Origin: an uncultured virus (IMG/VR IMGVR_UViG_3300030520_000004) | Lineage: Duplodnaviria; Heunggongvirae; Uroviricota; Caudoviricetes | Length of the DNA stretch: 64,000 nucleotides | Reading direction: 5' to 3' (one strand) | IMG/VR virus record: IMGVR_UViG_3300030520_000004 | In this document: positions 20,101-28,773 of the stretch, one piece after another | Position numbering within the stretch: position 1 is the stretch's first letter | How the letters are laid out: each line of letters begins with the position of its first letter | The notes under the pieces: model-generated | What the model was told of the DNA's origin: nothing | The model's input: only the letters and a program-made list of their open reading frames with translations | Database searches by the model: none | Translations under genes and position numbers: made by a program

Positions 20101-20497
20101 CCGTCGGTCCGATGTTGCCTGTGGCGCCGGTTGCGCCTTGCGGTCCCTGGAGGTTGCCGACGGGTGATCCCCAGGACCCGTTGACCTGCTGGTACAGGTT
20201 GCCGTTGGTCTGGAGGTACAGGTCGCCGTTGGTGTAGAGCGTGGTGGGGGCGCTGCTGCCGGAGTAGAGCATCGGCGTGTGGCCGCCGCTCCCGCCGCCG
20301 CCGCCGAACGTGATGCCGGTGCCCGGCCAGGTCCCGGCCTTGGGGCCGTAGAAGACGGCCGAGGTGGGGTAGTTGGTGAGGTCGACGTAGTAGTCGCCGT
20401 CTACGCCGACCGTGTTGCCGGGTGCGCCGATGCCGGACCGGATGGTGTTCCCAGCCGGGCCCTGGATGCCGGTGGGGGAGATGACGACGGTCGTCAC
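17126..20497 (-). CDS. Collagen-like repeat protein with polysaccharide deacetylase (NodB/CE4) domain; probable virion appendage
   Basis: GPT/GAT triplet runs separated by repeated GHTPxLYxG…NGDLYL modules; CE4 motifs [24 protein letters not shown]. Confidence 0.85.
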   Translation of the reverse strand: MTTVVISPTGIQGPAGNTIRSGIGAPGNTVGVDGDYYVDLTNYPTSAVFYGPKAGTWPGTGITFGGGGGSGGHTPMLYSGSSAPTTLYTNGDLYLQTNGNLYQQVNGSWGSPVGNLQGPQGATGATGNIGPTGPTGPTGATGSTGPTGPTGTQGVAGATGATGSAGAAGHTPQLYSGTAAPTTLYTNGDLYLRTSTGDLYQQTAGAWGSPVGNIQGPQGSTGTAGATGATGPTGAAGATGATGSTGPTGPTGSTGPTGATGATGHTPQLYTGSAAPSTLETNGDLYLQSSGQLYQQVAGAWTVQAVGLVAAVTAADASVVVGGPAGSPTVRTATLDVIATQHPPVAAWSNGGQKITGGANGVSPTDFALVQQLGVPVSMIRAITAATVTANPYDVLECTATANAITVTLPSPTAGVTVTVKKMDSSANAVTITGTVDGTVNPSLIFQYGSMELIGDGTQWIRVVRPSLGALVDYPATSDARYVQQANLATSVPYPPSLRLPRYAQPVAVATEFQAGHGFVSDIISGGTYTPSDTSTFVRGSQCATLTTPGDGNTYHVYGSVTGLSLAAANPRVTVQVANINMLASIQLDVCTDTTWTNGWTWVMQTGASGSNYLTSGDWVTQSLSFHTASKIGSGATAGLAAVRFRIADIGGGSANAATVHLQMVDTVANGAATFPNGVVSITFDDCYEDALTAGKPYMDLYGYPATSFIIGDLIGTTGRLSVSDLKNLQTNDGWEIACHAYSDTVHSNTYTGVTAAQLLADATSMKAFAVANGFRGADLNAYPKGQYGLTTDGVSTTSIIQQVYGAGLSTVNKTKETYVPSDPFRIRRISSISSYTGDGQEYLTSLITQSGGDLDQCKATASWLILAFHEVVTTPTADTQISITDFASIMAGINSRGITVMPVGEVLRWASMTGTAQATIDTTDLPKKSGTPGATGSGPLAAPWDHVHPRTYWAPEDHSLITWTMDPATCTSGTILAAAGTVNVARVHVPIAASVTNVELFITAAGVTLTANECFAGLYTTAGAPVASTADQSASWVSTGAKTMPLTGGPYNLTAGDYLIAWFANGTTLPTFLRGVSQSAANYKLSAANARFATAATGQTTAMPASLGTLSGASNGWFAGLS

Positions 20498-20507
20498 TGG
20501 GGCCTCC

Positions 20508-20879
20508 TCACGGCAGTGGGACGAGCTGGCAGAAGGAGGTGCCGGTGACGAGGTCCGTCTGGCTTGGCGTGCCGGGGTTCATCCACAGGGCGTACGGATA
20601 TGCGGACTGCCCGAGGAGTGCGGTGGCGGTGGGTGACAGGACGACCATGAGCGTGGCCGTGTCGACAGTGATGGTGATGTAGCCCTGGGCGGTCGAGGCT
20701 GTGCTGTTGACGGAGACGAGGCCCGGTTCGGTTGTGTCCGACGTGTTCGGCCTGATCACGAACTCGAACGTAGCCCCGCTGATGTCGGCTGGGGTGCCGT
20801 TGCTCAGGAGCTGGTAGCCCTGCGGCCATTGGCTCCCGGCGGCGACGTTGATCTGTACCTGCTGCGGCAGGCCGGGCAT
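20508..20879 (-). CDS. Small beta-rich structural protein (BppU-N-like) preceding the collagen protein
   Basis: [16 protein letters not shown]…LSPTATALL…YPYALW pattern. Confidence 0.6.
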   Translation of the reverse strand: MPGLPQQVQINVAAGSQWPQGYQLLSNGTPADISGATFEFVIRPNTSDTTEPGLVSVNSTASTAQGYITITVDTATLMVVLSPTATALLGQSAYPYALWMNPGTPSQTDLVTGTSFCQLVPLP

Positions 20880-20913
20880 GGACCACCCCCGTCACGCTGG
20901 CGGTCCGCTGGTG

Positions 20914-21066
20914 TCAGCGTGTCTGGGCGGCGTGCACGAGGACCGGGATCCAGGCGGCGACGAGTCCAGCGGCGATGATCCGGGCCCGGTCGAAGGGCGG
21001 CGCGACGGGTAGCACCGCGAACGCCCATAGGACGATCGCGATGACGGCGCAGATCAGGGCGAGCAT
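20914..21066 (-). CDS. 50-aa two-helix membrane protein
   Basis: MLALICAVIAIVLWAFAVLPVAPPFDRARIIAAGLVAAWIPVLVHAAQTR; TGATG coupling (manual translation). Confidence 0.6.
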   Translation of the reverse strand: MLALICAVIAIVLWAFAVLPVAPPFDRARIIAAGLVAAWIPVLVHAAQTR

Positions 21067-21341
21067 CAGGCGGCGGGCTCGGCCGGGGCAGCCGGCGCGT
21101 CCTCGCCGAGGAGGGCCTCGATCGCGGCGATGACCGCAGCGAGGACGGACTTGCCGCTGGAGGTCTCGCTGGTCAGCTCGGCCTTGGCGGCGGCGATGGC
21201 GGCGGCGAGGAACTTCTTGAAGTTGGCCTCGCTGGAGGTCTCCAGGCTCTCGAAGAACGGGGCGAGCCGGGCGACCAGGGCCTCGGCCTCCTCGTCGGTG
21301 GTGGTGCGGAGGTGGTTGATGAAGTCGGTGAAGGCAGACAT
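21066..21341 (-). CDS. Hypothetical Ala-rich helical protein
   Basis: MSAFTDFINHLR…; AAGGAG RBS. Confidence 0.7.
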   Translation of the reverse strand: MSAFTDFINHLRTTTDEEAEALVARLAPFFESLETSSEANFKKFLAAAIAAAKAELTSETSSGKSVLAAVIAAIEALLGEDAPAAPAEPAA

Positions 21342-21367
21342 GTGGATCTCCTTGGGGTGAGGGTGGT

Positions 21368-22930
21368 TCAGCGCCGGAAGGCCGACGGGTTGAGCCCGCC
21401 GAGGTTGAGCAGGTGCTTGCGGATCAAGTCCCGCAGGTCGCGGTCGCTGAGCACGGAGCCGGAGACGTTGATCGTCACGCTGACCGGCGTGGGCGCGTCC
21501 GGCTTGGGCGCGGCGTCCGGGTCGTCGCCGCCGCACGGCCAGTGCCAAGAGGCGTGCTCGGTGCGCGTCTCGTCATGTGTGCTGGTCAGAAGCTGCTCGA
21601 ACTCGGGCGACCAGGGCAGTGGGCCCGCCAGGGCGAGCGCGACTCCCGACTCGGTGGCGCAGTGCCCGGCCACTCGCATCGGACAGCAGCCAGCGATCTT
21701 GCCGCTCTTCCGCCAGACGTGCACGGTCTCCCCGACTTCGGGCAGCGCCTCGGCCTTGACCGGCACATCGGCGCAGCAGTCGGTGTCCGGCTCTATGCCC
21801 ATGCGCTTGCGAAAGTCGTTGAGCGTGATCGCCCCGGAGCGAAGCAGTTCCTCGGCTTCGGCCTCTTCGGTCGGTTCCAGTTCGTAGCTGGCCCAGTGGC
21901 CGTGCTGGAACCGGCTGACGGCCAGCGGCCCGCTGTCGCCCAGGCGGTTGAGGTGCAGGTCGCCGCCGCCATCCACGTCGGCGATGTCGCATTCGATGCG
22001 CTCGACGCGGTCGCCCGCGCCAGGGATGCGGATGATCGCGGTGAAGCGGCTCACGACTTGGCCTCCGCAACCCGCATCTCGGCAACCGCCCAGCGGAAGA
22101 CGCCCGTGCGGACATCCTCGCCGTCGTCGGTGAGGATGGGCGTTGCTGCGGAGGCGAGCGGCTGGCCGTCCGCGTCGGTGAGCATCGTCAGCTCGGCGGT
22201 GACCAGGTTCTCGGTGGCGTCGGCGCTCAGGGTGAAGCTGGCGACGCTGGTGATCTGCTCGCCGGTGTCGGCGTCGTGCAGGATGGTGAGCGGCGGCAGC
22301 AGTGCGGGCCGGTCGGACTTCGGCCAGGTGATGATCAGGCGGCCGGTGAACTCGTCAGTGGGGAGGATCACGACGCCACTCCAGCCAGTTGCTCGGTGTC
22401 GTCGATGCGGCGACCTGCCGTGTCGTACCAGGCGATGTGGTCCATGAACGGCACGCGCTGCCCATCCTGCTGATCCACATACCAGCCGGGCTCGGCACTC
22501 GCGGCATTGGCTGGCGCGCCGGGAATGTGAACGTGCAGGTCGATGACGCGCTCCGCCATCGGCGCCGTGCGGCTGACGATGCGGGCGCCATTGCCGAGGA
22601 GCCGCAGGTGCTCGCGGAAGTACGACTCCATCTCGGGCCAGACCTGCACCCGCACCGTCCGCCAGTACTCGCCGCGTGCCGTCCGCTTGGCGTTGACGCG
22701 CCGCTGCCCGGACGTGGGCATCACGGCGGCAGTCACGACTGGTCCCCGGCGCAGCGCTTGCACGGCAGCTGCCGGTGGTGCACGTGGCAGGACAGGTCGC
22801 GGGCTGGCTTGTAGCGCGGCGCGAGGCCGACGAAGTTGAAGTACGCCTCGGCCTGCTTTCGAGCGAGCAACCGAGAGCTGGCCCGGCGGACGGATCGGGG
22901 GGCTGTTCGGTCGTAGACGGGAATCGACAT
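21368..22930 (-). CDS. Four coupled hypothetical genes (21368-22054, 22051-22371, 22368-22736, 22733-22930)
   Basis: GTGA overlaps, plausible codon usage. Confidence 0.6.
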
Positions 22931-22942
22931 GGTGTCTCCTCG

Positions 22943-23038
22943 GGGGAACTGCGGGGAACTGGGTGCGCGCGGTCGCCGCAGTTCCCCAACCGGGGACCGC
23001 GCGCACGCTGAAGACCCGGAAGCGCTGGACGCTCCGGG
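22943..23038 (-). other. Structured intergenic RNA element (predicted pseudoknot plus hairpin)
   Basis: 12-bp stem 22963-22974/22995-23006; its loop (22976-22987) is complementary to 22943-22954; extra hairpin 23015-23038. Confidence 0.5.
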
Positions 23039-23052
23039 AAGTTGGGGGCGAG

Positions 23053-24581
23053 CTACGGCTCGTCGGGGATGAACTGCGCGGCCACGGCCCTGCGCGGGTC
23101 GCAGCCCGCTCCGTCGTGATGCCACCCGGTCTCGACCTGCACCGCGTCCGCGCCGCACCTGCTGCACGTGCCGTAGATCGGAGCCCAGTCGGCCGGGACG
23201 GTGAACGGGGCGATGAGGGCGCGCATCGGGTCGTCGGGCTCGGTCAAGCGGGGGGCTCCGTCAGTGCGGCTTTGACGACGGCGACCTGCTCGGCGTACGG
23301 CTCGCGGAGCAGCTCGCGGTCAATGCCCGGCCGCAGCCGGGACTCGGCGACGGTCATCAGCTCCGAGGTGCCGCCGACCAGGATGATCCGGTCGAAGTAG
23401 CGGCCCCGGACGTCGTCCTCGCGCAGCACTGACCGCAGGGACGGATCGCGCGGGTTCAAGTCGTGCTCGTAGCACCAGTTGCGGAACTGCTGGTAGGAGT
23501 CGCAGGTGACGGCGACCTTGGGGCGAGCGAGAGCGTTCGGCATCATGCCTCCCGGCTGAACTCGTAGGTGCCGTAGCTCTTGAGCAGTCCGGCTCGCGAT
23601 GGATGCGGATCCCAGACGGTCTCGCCGTCGCGGACCACCACGGCGTGCGAGACGCCACGCTCGGACGGCCCATAGGCGACGCCCATGGCCACCGGGACGT
23701 TCGGCTGCCGGTACACCACGATCCACCCCTGGGTCTTGGCCCAGGCGACCATCCGCTCCCACCAGTCGTCGTACTCGGCGAAGTGCGGCACGTCGGCGAT
23801 GTCGAGATCCAGCAGGGACGCGACAGCAGCCTGCAAGCAGTTGCCGATCCGGCCCTCGGGGTCCGGGTGCAGGATCGTCTGCGTCACTTCGGACAACTCA
23901 CGCCTCCGTCGGATCGTCGGCGCTGATGAACCCCAGCGGGCCAGCGAACGCGACCGGGCCGCCCGCCTCAGCCTCGGCCTGCGCGAGCCCGTGGTCACCG
24001 CACAGTGGCAGCACGAAGTGCGGGTTGATCGACAGGAACTGCACCGGGGCTGCGCATGCGGCGTGGCAGCACTCCGACAGGTAAGTGACGGGCTGAACCG
24101 TGCCGAACCGCGACATCGGGATCGCGGTCATCACGCCTCCCGATGCTGCTCGACGTGCTCCCGGATCGGCTCCGGACCGAGGCTGACCGCGACGGCCAGC
24201 GTCCCGTCCTCGCGCCGCTCGCCGGGCGTCGCCGACACCGGGATCGTGATGTCCGAGCCGCAGGACGGGCACGGGACGGTGATCGCAGAGAAGGTGGCCA
24301 TCACGCCTCGCCTTCGCTGATCGGTTCGAATGACCGGCACTCGCACGGATACCCGTAGGCGTCCAAGCCTTGGCACGGTCCGCTGTTGCTGCGGTGCACG
24401 TCCAGCGGGTGATCGCAGTCGCACCAGACCAGGACGCGGGTGACAGGCATGGTCACCGCCTCGTCAGCTCATCCCGGGTGACCCCGAGCGCAAGGTCGTA
24501 GCGGTCGCAGATCCGGCCGCAGGGAAGGCCGAGGGAATGCCAGGTGGTGTCGAGGATGGACCAGAAGCGGGCCACGGTCAC
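23053..24581 (-). CDS. Run of small coupled hypothetical genes (23053-23247, 23244-23546, 23543-23896, 23898-24131, 24131-24301 and two shorter Cys-containing ORFs)
   Basis: Overlapping start/stop codons; several CxxC motifs; 23543-23896 has GNCLQAAVASLL…HAVV…WDP (papain-like peptidase pattern). Confidence 0.55.
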
Positions 24582-24701
24582 CGCCTTCGTTGTGTCGCGG
24601 CCCGGCCAGCGTCAGGAGGCCGGGCCGCGATGCCCGGGACCCTCGACCCGGGTCCGGGACCCCGGCGGCCGGGATCGGCACGGCGGCGGGGAGCGGGGGT
24701 G

Positions 24702-24932
24702 TCAGGCGGCGAGCAGCGCGGGCTCGGCCAGCTTCGGGGGAGTGGCACCGGGGATCACGTTGCCGAACTCGTCCTCGGACTTGGGGAACATCTCGGCAAG
24801 GTCGTATCGGACGTTGCCGCGCCCGTGGCCGTGCCTGGTGATCCGGCCCTGGTGCGCCCAGCCTCGGATGGTCGACGCCGGCCGACCGGTCCAGATGACC
24901 GCGTACTCCTCGGTCACGATGAACGGGGACAT
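24702..24932 (-). CDS. Small MerR/excisionase-like HTH protein
   Basis: TGRPASTIRGWAHQGRITRHG…RYDLAE. Confidence 0.7.
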   Translation of the reverse strand: MSPFIVTEEYAVIWTGRPASTIRGWAHQGRITRHGHGRGNVRYDLAEMFPKSEDEFGNVIPGATPPKLAEPALLAA

Positions 24933-25052
24933 TGACTCACCCCCGCGCATGCAAAAGGCCGCCCAGCGAGGGGCGGCCTTCAAAGCTAATGATCCAGCTA
25001 GAAGCAGGTTAGGTTGTTGCAGGTCGGAGCGCAACTGCTTCGCCGGATCTTC

Positions 25053-25634
25053 CTAGCCGAAGACCAGAAGGCCCTCGGGTGGCGGCCCGTGACGTTCGAG
25101 GACTTCGGCGATGTGAGTGTCGAGTTCTGGGGCACGGCGGAAGTACTCGCGCATGAAGGGGGCCCGCAGGTGTGCAAACCTCCTGTGCAGCAGGCGCTCC
25201 AACTGGTAGCTGCCGGGCTCGACGGCGAGGATCTCGTCAGGGGCGAGCGCACGCATCCGATCGCGGAGGCGGATCGTGGTGCCTATCTTCACGAACTCGT
25301 CGCGCCGGATGTAGTAGACGACCCCGATGGCGGCCATCTCCTCGCGCGATGGGGTTCGCGGGGGTGGCGGCGGCTTCGGGCCGCCGTCGGGGGCGAGTCC
25401 GTTCGCGTGCCGGGATCGGCCCATTTTGATGACCGCGTCGAGGGTCTCGCGGGTGAGCTCTACGCCAGCGCTGCGCATCTCGATGGCGACTTGGCAGATG
25501 AAGAGGAAGGCCGGGTCATTCCAGCCGACGGCCTTGTCGAGTCCGGGGATGCCGTGCAGCCCGACGTTCCTGGAGAGTCCGCGCGGGCGAAGGGAGTCTC
25601 GGACGTGGGCCTGAGTCTTGCGAGGTGCAGGCAA
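25053..25634 (-). CDS. GIY-YIG superfamily (T5orf172/MUG113-like) protein
   Basis: VVYYIR…VKIGTT…ERLLHRRFAHLR…EYF. Confidence 0.8.
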   Translation of the reverse strand: MPAPRKTQAHVRDSLRPRGLSRNVGLHGIPGLDKAVGWNDPAFLFICQVAIEMRSAGVELTRETLDAVIKMGRSRHANGLAPDGGPKPPPPPRTPSREEMAAIGVVYYIRRDEFVKIGTTIRLRDRMRALAPDEILAVEPGSYQLERLLHRRFAHLRAPFMREYFRRAPELDTHIAEVLERHGPPPEGLLVFG

Positions 25635-25635
25635 C

Positions 25636-26337
25636 TCAGGCCCCCTTCGCGAGCATCTGAGCGGGCATCGGGAACCCCTGCATGACGGCGGCGAGCCGCA
25701 GCCAGTCCTCCTTGCCCCACGTCGTCCCGCACGTCCCGCAGCGGATGGTCGGGGCCCACGGGCTCATGCGGATCTTCGCCCCGCACAGTTCCCCGGTGGT
25801 CTCGTCCACGATGATCGGGCAGATGCCGAGGGGCACGCGCACGTCCCGCTCGCCAGTGATCGCGGAGGTGGCCTGCCCGTGGAGGCGGGAGATGACACGG
25901 AGGTCGTCGGGCACGTCCTCGTACTTGTCGCACGCCCAGCCGATGTTGTTGCTCAGGAACTTGATCACGTGCGGCAGGGTCTCGGCGATGGAGCCGCGCC
26001 ACGGTGCGATGGTCCAGCCCAGTGCCTTCCGCCAAGCGTCCTCGATCACCTGCAACTCGCCGACGATCCCTCCTGGCCCGCGCAGGCTGAGCGGCTGGAG
26101 CGCGACCGGCAGCGGTGCCGTCTTGCTGGTGGCGACCCGGCCGCCGGAGGGTGCTGCGCCAGGGGCGAGGACGGACGCGAGCTGCCCGTACAGGGTGCCC
26201 AGCGCCCTAATCTGCTCGCCGGCGCGGGCTTCGCAGACGCGGCAGGCGTAGCGGTCGAGTTCGTCGTTGTAGAGCAGCCGGGCGCAGTGGGCGCACCGGT
26301 ATTCGGGGACCTGGTCGTCGGCGTGGGATGTGGGCAT
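25636..26337 (-). CDS. Zinc-binding hypothetical phage protein (possible late-gene regulator)
   Basis: CAHC…CRVC and CP…CG…CGTC motifs; function inferred only from position. Confidence 0.6.
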   Translation of the reverse strand: MPTSHADDQVPEYRCAHCARLLYNDELDRYACRVCEARAGEQIRALGTLYGQLASVLAPGAAPSGGRVATSKTAPLPVALQPLSLRGPGGIVGELQVIEDAWRKALGWTIAPWRGSIAETLPHVIKFLSNNIGWACDKYEDVPDDLRVISRLHGQATSAITGERDVRVPLGICPIIVDETTGELCGAKIRMSPWAPTIRCGTCGTTWGKEDWLRLAAVMQGFPMPAQMLAKGA

Positions 26338-26429
26338 GGCGCAGCTCCCGGGTGTGCAGGAGTGACAGGACTGTCGCCAGTATGCGCTCTTGATCGTCGC
26401 CGTGCGTGACCGCCGGGACCCCGTGCACA

Positions 26430-26468
26430 CTGCGGCCCCCGCGCCGGTCTTGCTCGCGGGGGCCGCAG
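26430..26468 (-). terminator. Strong hairpin downstream of Ro60 gene
   Basis: CTGCGGCCCCCGCG/CGCGGGGGCCGCAG 14-bp inverted repeat. Confidence 0.7.
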
Positions 26469-26483
26469 GGCGAGCCTCGACGG

Positions 26484-28076
26484 TCAGGCTGCCTGCAACC
26501 AAGGCCAGTTGGCGTTTCGCCCGGCCTCCAGCATCGGCACCATTCGGAAGGCCGCGTCGCCCAACCCGCCGAAGGTGTGCCGGTTGGCCGACCCTGACGG
26601 CCCGTGGCCGGCGCGGTATCCGGCGAGGTTCCAGGCGTAGACCGGGATGTTCGCCGGGATCTGGTCGGTGGGGTTGCCGTAGCCGTTGTAGGCGGCCTGC
26701 TCGTCGGTGACGATCAGGACCCGGTCGTGGCCCTGGTAGTGGTCGCGGACGGCCCCGGTGGTGTTGGTGCCGCCGAGGTTGCCGAAGCGCTCCAGGATCC
26801 GCAGCACCGACTCGCCCTTACGGTAGGCGACCGACTGGCTGCCGGTGCCGAACTGGATGAGGTCGCAGTGCTCGGCGCGAACAGCGACAGCCGCACCGAA
26901 GACCGCCGCAGCGTCGGCCCGGTTCAGCTGCGAGCGGTCCGACATGGGCGTCCACATGGAGCCGGAGCGGTCGACCAGGACCAGCGTGCGGCCGGTGAGC
27001 GCCGGGACGTTCCCGAGCGAGTGGCCGAGGGCCTGCTCCAGCGGGTAGGCCCAGCGCAGCGACGGCGCGTGCTGGAACGCGGCGAGGAACCGGAACGGGA
27101 ACTGCCGCGAGCGCCGCACCTCGTCGGCGTCGGCGAGCCTCGCGGCCACGGTCGCCGCAACCTTGTCGGACACCCCGGCCTCGTCGAAGTTCCGCAGGTT
27201 CCGGGTCAACGCCATCAGCCCCATGCTCGGGATGATCGCCTCCCACGCCTCGGCGTCCATCGGCCCCTGGAGCCATCCGGCCAGCGCCTCCCACGTCATG
27301 CCCGCGTCGGCGAGCAGCTCCGGGTGGTCGCGCAGCACTGCGCGCCGCTGGTCGACGGGCGTCGCGGTCAGCCGTTCGCGGGCGATGAGCGTGGACAGGC
27401 TGGCGGGCACGTCGTTGTCGCGTCCGTGGCGGCGGTCGATGGCGTGCCGGAACAGGTCGCCCTGCCACGCCTTGTCGGCAGCGGGCGACGCGTGGACCAG
27501 TTCCAGGACGTCGCCGAACCGGTAGCCCTTGGAGTCGGTGTCGTACTTGAGGAGCGACCGCTCGCTGTACATCCGCTGGACGGCGTCGGCGATGCCCCGC
27601 TTGACGGGCTTCGGCAGGTTCCGGCCATAGCGGGAGGTCCAGTAGGCGAGGAGTTCGCCGGGCTCGTCGGGGCGCTGGAGGACGGAAGCGATGACGTCGC
27701 GGTTGACGCCGGTTGCACCGCCTCGCACATCCTCGCGGCCGTGTTCGAGTCGCGCCTTGACGAACTCAGCCGCGCCGACCAGGGATGCGGTGCGCATGTT
27801 GCCGTCGCCGCGAAGCCAGCCGAGCAGCCCGGCAGTCCACTCCGGGTCCTCGACGGCGAGGGTGCGGACGAGCTGGGTGTAGCGGTCGTCGCGCTGGCCG
27901 CCCGTCTCGTAGAACGCGTCCTGGCCCACGAAGTTCGCGACCGCGAGCAGAAACAGCTCGGACTTGGCATCGCGGAGGAACCCGGTGCCGCCTTCGTGCG
28001 TTGGGGCGGTCTGCCCGGTGGTGGCCACCGGCGAGACGCCGGACGGGCGGACGGTCTTGACGTTGTAACGGCTCAT
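26484..28076 (-). CDS. rsr: Ro60/Rsr orthologue (TROVE domain plus vWA domain)
   Basis: THEGG…KSELFLLAV…FYE, RPDEPGELLAYW, LLKYD, MALTRNLRNF, SRQFPFRF; vWA MIDAS LVDRSGSM, GGT, VTDEQ. Confidence 0.93.
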   Translation of the reverse strand: MSRYNVKTVRPSGVSPVATTGQTAPTHEGGTGFLRDAKSELFLLAVANFVGQDAFYETGGQRDDRYTQLVRTLAVEDPEWTAGLLGWLRGDGNMRTASLVGAAEFVKARLEHGREDVRGGATGVNRDVIASVLQRPDEPGELLAYWTSRYGRNLPKPVKRGIADAVQRMYSERSLLKYDTDSKGYRFGDVLELVHASPAADKAWQGDLFRHAIDRRHGRDNDVPASLSTLIARERLTATPVDQRRAVLRDHPELLADAGMTWEALAGWLQGPMDAEAWEAIIPSMGLMALTRNLRNFDEAGVSDKVAATVAARLADADEVRRSRQFPFRFLAAFQHAPSLRWAYPLEQALGHSLGNVPALTGRTLVLVDRSGSMWTPMSDRSQLNRADAAAVFGAAVAVRAEHCDLIQFGTGSQSVAYRKGESVLRILERFGNLGGTNTTGAVRDHYQGHDRVLIVTDEQAAYNGYGNPTDQIPANIPVYAWNLAGYRAGHGPSGSANRHTFGGLGDAAFRMVPMLEAGRNANWPWLQAA

Positions 28077-28099
28077 CAAAAACCCCTCACGTGGAGGGG
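28077..28099 (-). terminator. Hairpin plus U5 overlapping the Ro60 ribosome-binding site
   Basis: Minus strand CCCCTC-CACGT-GAGGGG-TTTTTG-ATG. Confidence 0.6.
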
Positions 28100-28111
28100 A
28101 AGACATGCAGT

Positions 28112-28255
28112 GGGGTGCCCGAGATCGGGTCGGCTGCGGGATGTGCCCCACAACCCTGGGGCGCGGCCGATGGCCGGTCAGGCTTTCCTGGCCTGAAGGG
28201 TGGATCCCGAAGGACCCTGGCGGAAGTACCCGCGTACCGTCGCACCGGGCACCCC
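28112..28255 (-). ncRNA. Y-RNA-like RNA 3 (multibranch)
   Basis: 10-bp terminal stem GGGGUGCCCG/CGGGCACCCC; internal GUGCGA…GAUCU motif; UACUUC; several internal hairpins including a UUCG loop. Confidence 0.7.
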
Positions 28256-28264
28256 GATGCGTGT

Positions 28265-28339
28265 CCTCCCGAGATCAAAGCGGACGGTTCGGTGTTTTCG
28301 CCAAATGAAGTAACCGAGGTTGTCCAGCGCACCGGGAGG
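28265..28339 (-). ncRNA. Y-RNA-like RNA 2 (short)
   Basis: Terminal stem CCUCCCG/CGGGAGG; GUGCGC-UGGAC…GUCC-GCUUUGAUCU; UACUUC in loop. Confidence 0.75.
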
Positions 28340-28354
28340 TGCATGAAGTTGTAG

Positions 28355-28489
28355 ATCCAGAGTTCAAGGTCGGCTGAACGGTCAAGGCGCTCTGCCGCTG
28401 AGCTACGCCGGTCTTCCGATCGGCGACGGGATTCGAACCCGCGACTACCCCATTACAAGTGGAAGAACGTCCCGCCTGCGCACCTGGAT
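28355..28489 (-). ncRNA. yrlA: YrlA-type tRNA-like Y RNA
   Basis: Terminal stem AUCCAG/CUGGAU; GUGCGC…CUUGAACU; T-arm GCGGGUUCGAAUCCCGU precedes a loop-closed acceptor-like stem and D-arm UAGCUCAGCGGCAGAGC; adjacent to Ro60. Confidence 0.88.
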
Positions 28490-28496
28490 GTCGCCA

Positions 28497-28502
28497 ACGG
28501 TA
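28497..28502 (-). promoter_or_regulatory. Putative -10 element (TACCGT) for the Y RNA-rsr unit
   Basis: TAnnnT hexamer 7 nt upstream of the first Y RNA; no clear -35. Confidence 0.45.
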
Positions 28503-28580
28503 CAGCACTCTGGCTCGTCCGTGCCCCACGATTCTCGGCGTTCCCCTGCGGCGGGAGTGACGGGCGGTCACCATGAACCC

Positions 28581-28766
28581 ATGGCGACGATGCTTACGGT
28601 CCAGGCGGCCACGCAGGAGGCAGCGGAATCGCTGCTGGCCCGCGCGTGCGAGGCGCTGGGCCTGCGACCGCTGTACTCCGGCCGGGCCCTGGACATGCCC
28701 GCGCGCGGAGGCCGGTTCATGGCCAGGGCGGAACTCCCGGAGCCGGACGAGCGGCCCGAGGACTGA
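28581..28766 (+). CDS. Small hypothetical protein
   Basis: Short ORF divergent from the Y RNA cluster. Confidence 0.5.
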   Translation: MATMLTVQAATQEAAESLLARACEALGLRPLYSGRALDMPARGGRFMARAELPEPDERPED

Positions 28767-28773
28767 GCTGCGG

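Noticed and set aside
19600..20300. Repeat array as CRISPR or DGR template
   Set aside because: The repeats are in-frame collagen triplets and protein modules; no spacers, cas genes or reverse transcriptase are present.
20914..21341. Holin/lysis cassette
   Set aside because: A small membrane protein is present, but there is no endolysin nearby, so the call cannot be supported.
24596..24700. GC-rich hairpins as an ncRNA
   Set aside because: Pairing is expected at this GC content; no distinctive motif.
28385..28462. Canonical tRNA gene (T-loop GGTTCGAATCCC, D-arm TAGCTCAG)
   Set aside because: The arms are in permuted order, the acceptor stem is closed by a loop and there is no CCA end; this fits a YrlA-type Y RNA instead.
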